From the sequence record SRR2962707_3097: a stretch of 64,000 bases of DNA; one strand, 5' to 3'. Under the pieces are notes generated by a model. That model did no database searches. It worked only from the letters and a program-made list of their open reading frames with translations, and was not told the DNA's origin. Both the position numbers and the translations under genes were made by a program. This document shows, one piece after another, positions 9,430 through 18,758 of the stretch. Numbering within the stretch: position 1 is the stretch's first letter; each line of letters begins with the position of its first letter.

Positions 9430-10350
9430 AAAGCCACGAAACTGGAAACCATTTACGACCGAATTCATGAGATTCGCATGCGAGTAGAAGTGATCAAGCG
9501 TGAGACAGAGATTCAATTTTTGCGCAGTACACTGGATAAGAACGCCATTGTGGTTGACGACGCGGCGTTGCATGAAACGTTGGCTCAACTGGATGATGAC
9601 TTTGCATTTGTGGCCAAGTTGAATCAAGGCGGGGAGTATTTGGATGAAAGCAAACAAGGCCGCATGGACAGCATTGCCCAAAAAACCTGGACTCGAACCC
9701 TCGACGATCGTATTGGCATTTCCCATGAAGAACTAGAAAGGAAAAATAGAACAACAGCCCCTACATTGCCGATCAAAGAGCCATTACTTGCTGACCGGCC
9801 AGAACATCTTTTTGAGCGACCTGACTCAGAAAAATTACCAGAAGGTAATCCATGGGGGTTCAAAATGAATGTGCCTGAATTTCTTTACAATCGAGGGGAA
9901 CTGCACAATCTCTCAATTCAGCGTGGCACGTTGACACCAGAAGACCGTTACAAGATCAATGAGCACATTGTTCAAACCATAAAAATGCTGGATAAGTTGC
10001 CGTTTCCGAAGCATTTAAAGTCTGTGCCTGAGCTTGCTGGTGGCCATCACGAAAAAATGGATGGAACTGGGTATCCTAAACGGTTAACCCGAGATGACAT
10101 GTCGCCCGTTTCTCGAATGATGGCCGTAGCCGACATATTTGAAGCACTGACAGCAGTAGATAGACCCTACAAAAAAGGTAAAAAACTGTCCGAAGCCATT
10201 AAAATCATGTCTTCTATGGTAACCAACCAGCATATCGACCCTGATATCTTCCGGTTGTTTTTAGAATCGAAGGCTTATCTGGCTTACGCTCAAGAATACA
10301 TGAACCCAGATCAGATTGATGACGTGCCAATTGCTGATTATCTTTCGTGA
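9430..10350 (+). pseudogene. 5'-truncated HD-GYP phosphodiesterase
   Basis: Homology starts abruptly at KATKLETIYDRIHEIRMR (9430); retains HHEKMDGTGYP, ADIFEALT, RPYKK; the HD motif and sensor region expected upstream are absent; in-frame TAA at 9391. Confidence 0.8.
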
Positions 10351-10417
10351 CATGATTGGTACCATTGTCGAGGTCATCTCGTTACTAGATCGAGAATGAT
10401 CAGACAGGCACTTGTGA

Positions 10418-10843
10418 TTAGCCAGTAAGATTGCGAGTAAGTTGTTTGGTAACTTGCTGAAAGCCCTCTAATGTCTCCTCTGACATGCCGTTCGACATCA
10501 TCTTGAAGATGGCCTTTTCAATGCCTTTTATTTGCTTTAGCAAATGCAATCCTTTCTCGGTAAGGCGCAGACATTGACTGCGTTTGTCGTCAGGATTGTT
10601 TTCTTTAGTGATCAAATCGTCTTTGATGAGCGCGTTCAGCAAACGGGTTATTTGAGCTTTATCGCGCTGTAAGAAGCTGGCTACCTCGCTGGCTGTGCAA
10701 GACCCTTTTTCATTAATGATGCTGATGGTACGTATGTGCATCGCGGTAATATTTAAGCCAAGCTCTTCAATGTGTCGATGCATTTGTTGTTTCAGTGCGT
10801 GCACCAGGTGGAATAGATTTTCTAGTGATGTGTTAGTAGGCAA
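10418..10843 (-). CDS. MarR-family regulator
   Basis: RDKAQITRLL, NPDDKRSQCLRLTEKG; TTG start at 10843 after AAGGGAGAG. Confidence 0.92.
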   Translation of the reverse strand: MPTNTSLENLFHLVHALKQQMHRHIEELGLNITAMHIRTISIINEKGSCTASEVASFLQRDKAQITRLLNALIKDDLITKENNPDDKRSQCLRLTEKGLHLLKQIKGIEKAIFKMMSNGMSEETLEGFQQVTKQLTRNLTG

Positions 10844-10863
10844 TCTTAGCTCTCCCTTGGAGT

Positions 10864-10910
10864 TGGTTGACTTTATCAATTATGTCTATATTATGGTTGA
10901 TATTATCAAT
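10864..10910. promoter_or_regulatory. Two palindromic operator-like boxes between marR and the DUF2798 gene
   Basis: TGGTTGACTTTATCAAT (10864-10880) and TGGTTGATATTATCAAT (10894-10910), 15/17 identical, 30-bp period, each TTGA-N5-TCAA. Confidence 0.75.
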
Positions 10911-10944
10911 CACTTATCTATTGAATTCAAGGTTGGGTTTTAAA

Positions 10945-11436
10945 ATGACCATTAAAACGATTGCATCCGCTCCAGAATTAGAACAAAAGAAAACCCCTTT
11001 ATTGCATAAAATCGCCCTTGTTTTAGGGGTAATGACCCTTATAGGTGGTTCTTTAACCGGCATCATGACGTATCGAAATATTGGCTTTACCGACACTTTT
11101 TTCTTAAGCTGGTTAACCTCATTTATAACCGCGCTGTTTACCGTGATGCCAGCAGGGTTTATTTTGATGGCCTTGGTCACTAAGCTGGTAGAAAAGCTCA
11201 CTCCCAAAATGCGGGAGAACAAACGCAATTTGATCGTTGGCGTTGGCATGGCGTGTGTCATGGAATCTTTTATGGCGTTCAGCACAGCGGCTAACAATAT
11301 TGGCTTTCATGACCTTTCTGCATTTTATCATGGCTGGTTAAATGGATTATTGGCGGCGTTGCCGGTGGCGTTAACCTTGTCGACTGTCATCACAATGACA
11401 ATAAAACCAAAAATAGAGCGTTTTTTGCGCAGCTAA
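10945..11436 (+). CDS. DUF2798-type membrane protein
   Basis: Repeated hydrophobic units (IMTYRNIGFTDTFFLSW / STAANNIGFHD...HGW); divergent from marR. Confidence 0.75.
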   Translation: MTIKTIASAPELEQKKTPLLHKIALVLGVMTLIGGSLTGIMTYRNIGFTDTFFLSWLTSFITALFTVMPAGFILMALVTKLVEKLTPKMRENKRNLIVGVGMACVMESFMAFSTAANNIGFHDLSAFYHGWLNGLLAALPVALTLSTVITMTIKPKIERFLRS

Positions 11437-11526
11437 TAGCGCTTCGTAAGCAAATGAACAAGCAAGATGAGTAAACTAAAATACACTTTTACAAAGACTG
11501 ATTATCAGCAAAACAGGGGAAAAAAA

Positions 11527-12384
11527 ATGAAAATTGCCGTTACCGCAGCTAGTGGCCAGTTAGGCGCAGCCATTGTTAACGCCTTGTTATCCTTAACATC
11601 GAAAGAGAATATTATTGCTTTGGCAAGAACGCCTGAAAAAGCACAACACTTGGGCGTGGAAGTACGACCAGGGGATTACAATGACTTGGCACAACTCGAA
11701 GCATCACTGCAATCGGTTGACACCTTGTTGCTTGTTTCTGGTATGGACGCACCTGATAAACGCATAGGTCAGCATAGAAATGTGATCGCTGCAGCAAAGA
11801 AGGCTGGAGTAACAAAAATCGTTTACACCAGTGTGCAGGGAGCAGAAGAAAATACCGCGTTTTCACCCGTGATTCAAAGCAATCGTCAGACCGAGCAAGA
11901 TGTGCGTGAAAGTGGTTTAGAATGGGTGATTGGCCGTAATGGCATTTATATTGAGCCAGACATTGAATACATTGAAAACTACAAAAAAGCGGGCAGTATT
12001 TTTAACTGCGCTGGAGAGGGTAAATGCGGTTATACCACCCGCGGTGAATTGGCCTAAGCTTACGCAAAAATGCTGCTAGAAGATAAACACAAGGGTCACA
12101 CCTATAACCTCAATGGCGAATCGATTACCCAATCCCAATTGGTGGACTTTATGAACGAGGCGTTTGATGCCAACTTGGTGTATCAAGCGATGACGGTTGA
12201 AGCGTTTAAAGAGAACCGAATTGCCGAACTAGGGGATTTCCTTGGTACTGTGATAGCGGGCATTTACCAAGGTATTTTAGAAGGTAAATCTGATAACCCT
12301 AGTCAATTCGCCGCCGCGGCAGGGCGAGAGCACATTCGCTGGGAAGATTACTTTTCCAAGCTAAAAGCTGAGCACAAGCACTAA
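11527..12384 (+). pseudogene. NmrA/QorB(YtfG)-like NAD(P)H-binding oxidoreductase with in-frame stop
   Basis: MKIAVTAASGQLG Rossmann start; frame reads GELA*AYAKMLL with TAA at 12055-12057 and continues in frame to 12384. Confidence 0.85.
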
Positions 12385-12444
12385 CCGCTGTCTTCTTTAG
12401 CTTAATGACGTCGCTTAACATAAACACCTGTCGACCAAGATGGG

Positions 12445-12882
12445 CTACAGGTGTTTATCTTTCGTATTGGTTGAACACCATCCGTCTCTATGGCCACCAT
12501 TATAAGGGCGAGCCAATCCTAAGGAAATCAACTCTTTTGAGAGTGACTTTCCATCCACGTAAACATCGGCAATCAAGCGAAAGTACTTACCGCGCTTCAT
12601 GCCTCTTAGTTCTATTAAATGCCCCTTCTTTAAAAACGCTCTTGTAAAGTCCCGAGCCATTTTGGCTTGCAACTTCTCGCTTGGGCATTTGCCACGGATT
12701 TCGGCGGCGTCGACGCCATTCACTCGAATCGACATGTTTTTGCCAATGATCTGTGGCCAACTATCAATGTCGACTCGGAAAGTATCGGCGTCGTATACAG
12801 ATATAATGCGATCTACTACGATCGATTGGGCATACACGAATGGTGTAAACAGCAGCCCAAATAAGATCAAAACGCGGGTCAT
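12445..12882 (-). CDS. Secreted thermonuclease (SNase) family protein
   Basis: Signal peptide; VYDADTF, IRVNGVDAAE, GKYFRLIADV, LISLGLA. Confidence 0.88.
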   Translation of the reverse strand: MTRVLILFGLLFTPFVYAQSIVVDRIISVYDADTFRVDIDSWPQIIGKNMSIRVNGVDAAEIRGKCPSEKLQAKMARDFTRAFLKKGHLIELRGMKRGKYFRLIADVYVDGKSLSKELISLGLARPYNGGHRDGWCSTNTKDKHL

Positions 12883-13000
12883 CTCTTGTTACCTCAAAGA
12901 GTATTAGCACGTCCTGTGCTGAGCTTATTTTCGTTCAAGTAGGTGAGTTAACACCTTAATATTTCGGCTATTTTAGCGTATTTGCTGAGTCAGTGATAAT

Positions 13001-13036
13001 AAAAAGCCTGAGTGGCTTTTACGCTACTCAGGCTTT
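13001..13036 (-). terminator. Intrinsic terminator of the betaine-binding protein gene
   Basis: AAAAAGCCTGAGTGGC...GCTACTCAGGCTTT. Confidence 0.8.
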
Positions 13037-13059
13037 AATGATGTTTGTCTAATCGGATT

Positions 13060-14055
13060 TTATAACGCGTTTTCTACCTTTTCGGCGGTGTCAGCCGACA
13101 CCCACGCTTTCCAAATTTCTGGATACGTTTCTAAAAAGTAGTACATTGCGGTTTCTTCGTCTGCTTGATTGTCTTCCATCCACGCGAGTAATTTACTCAT
13201 CTGTGGGTTAGTAAAACCACGTTTTTCAAAGTAAGCGTAGGCCAAAGGTTCTTTTTGGGCGAAAGCTTCAGTGGTGATGGTATGCACAGGCGAAGGTGGA
13301 TACATGGTTACTTTAGGGTTTTGGCAGTCAGGCTGCGTGGTGCAATTTCGATACTCGTCTACGTCTGCTCCGGTACCAAAGTCCACTTTTACCATAGGGT
13401 ATTTGCCCAGTACCGGCGTTGGTGACCAGTAATAACCAAACCAAGGTTGGTGGCGTTCGTAAGCTCGAGAAATGCTGCCTGCTAATCCCGCACCGGAACC
13501 TGGGTCGACCATATCAAAACCGTAATCAGCCAGTTTTAGAGCATTAAAAAGGTGCTCTGCGGTAATTTGGCAAGTCCAGCCAGCAGGGCAGCTATAAAAC
13601 GCGTGTTTGGTTTCACTTTCTGGGTGTTTGAATAGCGCTGCGTGCTTGATTACCCCTTCTATGGTGGCCATTTCAGGGTATTGTTCGACAAGATAAGCAG
13701 GAACCCAAAAACCTTCTTCACCACCATTAACCAAGGCTTTTCCTGCATAACGCAATCGCTTGTCTGCGACGCCCTTGTCTAAGGCTTCTTTGACGCTGTT
13801 AGTCCAAAGCTCAGGGGCGACATCAGGCTTACCTTTTTCAATCATGGAAATACCGGTGGGAATGCTGTCACCTGGGATAAGCTCTGCATCACAACCATAT
13901 CCATTATTCAAAATAAATTGGTCAATATGCGCAATCAAACTCGCGGAATTCCAGTTCATGTCCGCTATGGTAAAAGAACCACAGCTTGCGGCGCTGGCAT
14001 TGACAGAAAAAGCAGACACTAGCATGGCTGGTAGAAGTGAAGGAAGAATCTTCAT
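13060..14055 (-). CDS. Glycine betaine/choline-type ABC substrate-binding protein (orphan)
   Basis: Signal peptide, IADMNWNSA, PDVAPELW, CPAGWTC, WFGYYWSP; no permease or ATPase adjacent. Confidence 0.85.
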   Translation of the reverse strand: MKILPSLLPAMLVSAFSVNASAASCGSFTIADMNWNSASLIAHIDQFILNNGYGCDAELIPGDSIPTGISMIEKGKPDVAPELWTNSVKEALDKGVADKRLRYAGKALVNGGEEGFWVPAYLVEQYPEMATIEGVIKHAALFKHPESETKHAFYSCPAGWTCQITAEHLFNALKLADYGFDMVDPGSGAGLAGSISRAYERHQPWFGYYWSPTPVLGKYPMVKVDFGTGADVDEYRNCTTQPDCQNPKVTMYPPSPVHTITTEAFAQKEPLAYAYFEKRGFTNPQMSKLLAWMEDNQADEETAMYYFLETYPEIWKAWVSADTAEKVENAL

Positions 14056-14161
14056 TAGGCTGGATTCCTTAATAGTGGACAGAAAACTAAGTATATACAC
14101 AAGCGATAATAAGAATAAACGAGCGCGTTAAAATCTCTAAAAAATAATAGAAAAACGCACA

Positions 14162-14584
14162 CTATATTTTTAATAAAACCACATCGCAGGGCATTTCTCG
14201 AATAATCGGTTCCGAAATAGAAAGAAAAAATTGCCGTAAGGCTGATGATTTATGATGCCCAAAAACCACTAAATCAATGGCTTGTTGTTTAAGGGTGTGC
14301 AGAATTTCGTCGTCAATGTTGCCAGAAGTAATAAAGTATTTATCGACCAACATCTTATTATCGGCAAACAGAGCGCGCATCGCATTAATGGATTCCTCTT
14401 CTAAGCGCGCTTCAAAGTCGGTCTCATTTATATTCACAAGACCATCGTAGGTGCCTAAAAAACTTTGATCCACATGCAGCACATGCAATTTGGCGTGGTA
14501 TAAGCGTGCCAGTGCACTGGCCTTTTTGAGTATCAAGCTTGATTCTTTAGACAAATCAACGGCGACTAATATTTGTTGGTACAT
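14162..14584 (-). CDS. Universal stress protein
   Basis: MYQQILVAVDLS, IDLVVFGHH, PCDVVLL. Confidence 0.92.
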   Translation of the reverse strand: MYQQILVAVDLSKESSLILKKASALARLYHAKLHVLHVDQSFLGTYDGLVNINETDFEARLEEESINAMRALFADNKMLVDKYFITSGNIDDEILHTLKQQAIDLVVFGHHKSSALRQFFLSISEPIIREMPCDVVLLKI

Positions 14585-14594
14585 AATGAGCTCC

Positions 14595-15605
14595 TTAATG
14601 AAATAAATGCGCGACCGCGGTGGTGATGCCATAGCCACCAAAGATCAACCAGGTAAACAGAATGGCGGCTAAAATAATCGGTTTGATACCCACACCACGG
14701 ATCTTTGTCAGATTGGTGTCTATCCCCAATGCTCCCATGGCCATGGTGAGTAAAAAGACAGAGCTTTGTGTTAACCAATGAACTATTTCTTGCGGAATAA
14801 TATCGAGAGAGTTAATGCCAGACGCGACCACAAAAAAGACCGCAAACCAAGGGATTGTAATTTTCGTTTTCTCGCTAATAACCCCTTCTTTCACAGCACT
14901 TCGTGACAAATAGACGCTTAATGCAATAAGAAAGGGCGCCAGCATCATCACGCGAGTCAGTTTCACAATGACAGAAGTCACCGCTATATCGCTGTTCATG
15001 GCGTTTCCCGCAGCAACCACTTGAGCGACTTCATGCACTGTGGCCCCCGTATAAATGCCCATTAGCCTTGGGTCAATATGGAAAAGATGGAAGATGGCGG
15101 GGTAAACAAACATGGCGAGAGTGCCAAAAATAACCACAGTTGCCACCGCAACAGCGGTTTGATGAGGTTTGGCTTTCACCACTGGCTCAGCAGCCAAGAT
15201 GGCCGCGGCGCCACAAATAGAAGACCCTGTCGCCGTCAACATACTGATTTCACGGTCAAGCCCTAATACTTTCATGCCAATAAAAGTACCGCCGATGAAG
15301 GTGGTCACAATAATGATGGCATCCGTTACTAGCCCAGGTAGGCCCACTTCAATAATTTGCTGAAAGGTTATAAAGAACCCATAAAAAATAATGCCCAATC
15401 TAAGCAGCTTTTGTTGGCTAAATTTGATACCAGGTAGCGCGCTTTTAGGGATACGCTTTTGAAAAAGATTGCCCAACACCATGGCCATTAAAATACAGAT
15501 CACCAGTGAGCTTATTTGGTAATGCTTAATGACGTTCAAGTTGGCTATTTGAAAAGAAACAAGGCTCATAACCAGCATGACGACTAAACCACTTAAATAT
15601 TTCAT
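14595..15605 (-). CDS. yeiH: YeiH/UPF0324 putative sulfate exporter
   Basis: LLRLGIIFYG, GSSICGAAA, GATVHEVAQVVAAG, VKLTRVMMLAP; ATG 15605 with AGGAG. Confidence 0.9.
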   Translation of the reverse strand: MKYLSGLVVMLVMSLVSFQIANLNVIKHYQISSLVICILMAMVLGNLFQKRIPKSALPGIKFSQQKLLRLGIIFYGFFITFQQIIEVGLPGLVTDAIIIVTTFIGGTFIGMKVLGLDREISMLTATGSSICGAAAILAAEPVVKAKPHQTAVAVATVVIFGTLAMFVYPAIFHLFHIDPRLMGIYTGATVHEVAQVVAAGNAMNSDIAVTSVIVKLTRVMMLAPFLIALSVYLSRSAVKEGVISEKTKITIPWFAVFFVVASGINSLDIIPQEIVHWLTQSSVFLLTMAMGALGIDTNLTKIRGVGIKPIILAAILFTWLIFGGYGITTAVAHLFH

Positions 15606-15748
15606 ATCAACTCCTGTCGTAGGTAATGAGTCAATTATTATCAATATGGTTATATTCATATATCTTGTAATTATTAACAGGCGTTTGGTTTTTCTAAACG
15701 ATAGAGGGGGAGAGTGCTTTATTTCCAGTTTTTGCGTCATCAAAACAC

Positions 15749-15790
15749 AAAAAAGACCAAAATCAACAGTATGATTTTGGTCTCTTTTTT
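15749..15790. terminator. Intrinsic terminator
   Basis: AAAAAAGACCAAAATCA-ACAGTA-TGATTTTGGTCTCTTTTTT. Confidence 0.8.
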
Positions 15791-15827
15791 CAGTAACAGA
15801 GTGCTTTTGGGAATATGAAGGAAGCTA

Positions 15828-16556
15828 TCAAATGTCGATCACGACTTTGCCAATCACTTTTCGGCTAGCAAGGCGGTCGTGGGCTTTACTAACCTCTTCT
15901 AAAGCAAAGGTTTCAGTATCAAGAATAGGCTTAAGTTTGCCTTCATCTACTATGTTAGCAAGCTGGGTTAATATGTGGCCGTGTTGCTCACGTTTATGGT
16001 TATTCAGCATAGGAATCAACATAAAGACAACATGTAGCGACAAACCTTTGAAATGCGCTGCGGTCAAATCAAGATTGAGCAGTGACAATGTGGTTGCAAT
16101 GTTGGCGTTCAGGGCAGCCGCTTCAAAGGAAGCGTTCAAGTTTTCACCGCCAACCGAATCAAACACTAGATCAAAACCTGCACCAGCGGTGTGTTTGGCA
16201 ACATAGTCTGCCACACTTTCTTGCTTGTAATTGATGGCTGTGCCACCCAATTTCTCAATCACAGAAACCTGTTCATCGTCACTGATGGTTGCGAATACTT
16301 GAGCGCCGAAGTAATTAGCAAGTTGCACAGCAATGTGCCCAACACCACCAGCGCCACCATGAACCAGTACTTTTTGACCTTGTTTGATGCCCGCTCGCAT
16401 CAGGCCTTCGTAAGCCGTAATGCCGACCAATGGCAATGCAGCGGCGTCACGCATAGAAAGGCTTTTAGGTTTTTTGGCAACCAATTTCGCATCGGCGAGC
16501 ATGTATTCCGCCAAGGTGCCTGGCAAATCTGCCACTCCACCTGCGCAACCAAACAC
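15828..16556 (-). pseudogene. 5'-truncated MDR-family quinone oxidoreductase / zinc-type ADH
   Basis: Begins mid-domain at VFGCAGGVADLPGTLAEY; retains AAALPL, HGGAGGVG, GKVVI; N-terminal GroES-like part, start and promoter absent. Confidence 0.85.
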
Positions 16557-17206
16557 AAGGCACACTGCGCTTAACGGCACCTGCGTCGTTTGCGCGCATG
16601 CATATTATTCCAGCGCTAAAAGCGTTTTCTGAGGTTTATCCCGAACTCAAAATTGACATGCGCATGAGTGATAGCATTGTCGATATGGTGGAAGGTGGCT
16701 TTGATGTGGCCATTCGTAATGCGTCATTGAATGATTCTACCTTGGTCGCGCGAAAGTTGGCGGCAGACAAGCGAATAGTGTGTGCGTCACCTGAGTACCT
16801 TGAACAATTTGGCGAGCCTAAAAAGCCTCAAGATCTGGTGAATCATCAGTGTATTAATCTTGTTGGTTTAGAGCACTGGGTGTTTGACACGCCTGAAGGA
16901 GAAAAGAAAATCCGTATTCAAGGTCCATTACGTGCGGACAATGGCGACTCGATTCGCGACGCTTGTATTGCCGGCATGGGGATCACAATCAGCTCGATCT
17001 GGTGTGCCTATCAAGCCTTACAAGAAGGGCGCTTGGTGCAAGTGCTAGAAGAGTATCCATTGTTGCCTGAAACAAACATTTGGGCGGTGTACCCAAGCTC
17101 TCGTTTGTTAGCGTCTAAAGTGCGTGTGTTCATCGATTATTTTGCCAAGCGGTTCGGCGATGTGCCTTACTGGGAAAAAGAGCTGAACAATAAGCAAAGA
17201 AACTAA
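16556..17206 (+). pseudogene. 5'-truncated LysR regulator (substrate-binding domain only)
   Basis: Frame reads QGTLRLTAPASFARMHIIP from 16556; DMVEGGFDVAIR, KVRVFID present; HTH absent. Confidence 0.87.
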
Positions 17207-17248
17207 AAAAAGAGCAAACATGAGATGCCTCCCTGTTTGCTCTTTTTT
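17205..17248. terminator. Bidirectional intrinsic terminator
   Basis: AAAAAAAGAGCAAACA...TGTTTGCTCTTTTTT. Confidence 0.8.
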
Positions 17249-17285
17249 CACTCTAGACCATTCAACGGTCTGTCTCAGGCATTGA

Positions 17286-17522
17286 TTAGGCTTTTAAACG
17301 CTGATAAATGACGTCTTTTAGAGACGCTCGATCGTGCTTTAATTGGTGCATGGCCTCGTCGTCGATAGGGGCATTGTCTAGCTCAAGCTGTCGAATTTCT
17401 TGGTCTAAAGCGTGGTAGCGACGAGCGTGCTCAGCAAAATTTGAATCCGTCTTATTTAATTCAGAGATTTTTTCTTTGTATTCCGGAAACTCAATGATGA
17501 TCGCGTGATCTTCACCTAACAT
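17286..17522 (-). CDS. YdcH/DUF465 family small coiled-coil protein
   Basis: EFPEYKEKISEL, YHALDQEIRQLE, LKHDRASLKD; AGGAG RBS. Confidence 0.85.
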   Translation of the reverse strand: MLGEDHAIIIEFPEYKEKISELNKTDSNFAEHARRYHALDQEIRQLELDNAPIDDEAMHQLKHDRASLKDVIYQRLKA

Positions 17523-17643
17523 AGTATTCTCCTTTCGCTAACAATACGGCTAATTTGATTCACTTTTTTACCATAGCTGCAATCTCATACAATGGCTAAT
17601 TTTCTTGCCTATAGACTCAGATGACCATGACTCTATTCGCTAC

Positions 17644-18444
17644 TTAATCCGTGTGTCTTTGAGCCAATATTTGATCGAGAGTACGGCAGATTTCGGCGTT
17701 TTTCTCTGGATCAAGCGCGTCGGCGTGCGGAGCAGAAAATTGGCCAATGTCGTTGTCAAAGTACAGGCCACTAGCGTTAGCAAACTCATCTGACAAAGCG
17801 GCTTTGGTTAAAATATCAGCCCCATCTTGTAGATTGCCACCAGCGATACCATAGGCTTCTTTGACCATTTTGCTGCCCAGCAATGATTTAGGGTTAACGG
17901 CAACAATCACAGGCCCATGTTTGCCTAAAGACTCCGCCATATGGCGAGACCACATAGTCAGAGCCAATTTGCTTTTGGCGTACACTGGACCATCTGCGAG
18001 TTCGCTTGGGGTGCTCAGCTCAGAGCTTGAAATTGGCGCTTGTGCTGCTGATGATAAGTTGACCACACGACCGTTAGGGGATAACAAAGGCAATAGTTGC
18101 TGAGTCAATAAGTAAGGCGCGATCGTGTTGACCATATAACGTACATCCAAACCGTCTTCTGACACCACAACAGGCGCGGTATATACACCAGCATTGTTAA
18201 TAATGACGTCCAATGTGGAGTGCTTTGCTCGAATCTGTTCCACCAATGAATAGACATCATCCAAACGCGACAAATCCGCTTGATAAGTCTCTATGTTTTG
18301 ATCCGATAAATGGGCTTTTGCTGAGGCCAGTTTACCCGCACTACGACCGTGCAAAAGAACCGTATGGCCCAGTGATGACAAAGAGTTAGCGGTGGCAAAG
18401 CCAATGCCATCGGTAGAGCCAGTAATCAGTATGGTTTTTTTCAT
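17644..18444 (-). CDS. Short-chain dehydrogenase/reductase
   Basis: ITGSTDGIG, NNAG, YAKSK; ATG 18444 with AGGAG. Confidence 0.93.
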   Translation of the reverse strand: MKKTILITGSTDGIGFATANSLSSLGHTVLLHGRSAGKLASAKAHLSDQNIETYQADLSRLDDVYSLVEQIRAKHSTLDVIINNAGVYTAPVVVSEDGLDVRYMVNTIAPYLLTQQLLPLLSPNGRVVNLSSAAQAPISSSELSTPSELADGPVYAKSKLALTMWSRHMAESLGKHGPVIVAVNPKSLLGSKMVKEAYGIAGGNLQDGADILTKAALSDEFANASGLYFDNDIGQFSAPHADALDPEKNAEICRTLDQILAQRHTD

Positions 18445-18686
18445 GGTGTTACTCCTAACGTAAAAGTGATCTAGCGATGGGACGCAGCCAACCTGTGACA
18501 TTGATTAAACATAAGTGTAGTGCAGGATAAAGCGTTGCCGTGTTATCTACGCCTATAGGGTTGTTGTCATCAATAACGCTAGAGAATAAAACCATAATAA
18601 TAGTCTTGATTGTTTTTGATAATACTCGCTTTAAAGCAATCAGTTTTTACTTTTTATGAATAATCAAATGAGCGGGGTTCAAAATG

Positions 18687-18716
18687 AAAAAAGGCCAGCA
18701 CGTAGGCTGACCTTTT
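18687..18716 (-). terminator. Intrinsic terminator of the yqhD-like gene
   Basis: AAAAAAGGCCAGC-ACGTAG-GCTGACCTTTT. Confidence 0.75.
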
Positions 18717-18758
18717 GTTTGACGCATTCGTGTGCGCTTGTACTCGTTTGTTTAGCGA

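Noticed and set aside
12055-12057. Programmed readthrough or selenocysteine in the NmrA-like gene
   Set aside because: The codon is TAA, with no SECIS-like hairpin or catalytic Cys context
12445-12882. Thermonuclease (or TatD) as a substitute effector for the missing JetD
   Set aside because: The thermonuclease is secreted and about 27 kb away; TatD is a widespread housekeeping nuclease in a separate operon
15828-17206. Treating ORF-track calls 15828-16580 and 16598-17206 as intact genes
   Set aside because: Both lack their family N-termini and RBS, and their homologies abut at 16556, indicating a deletion
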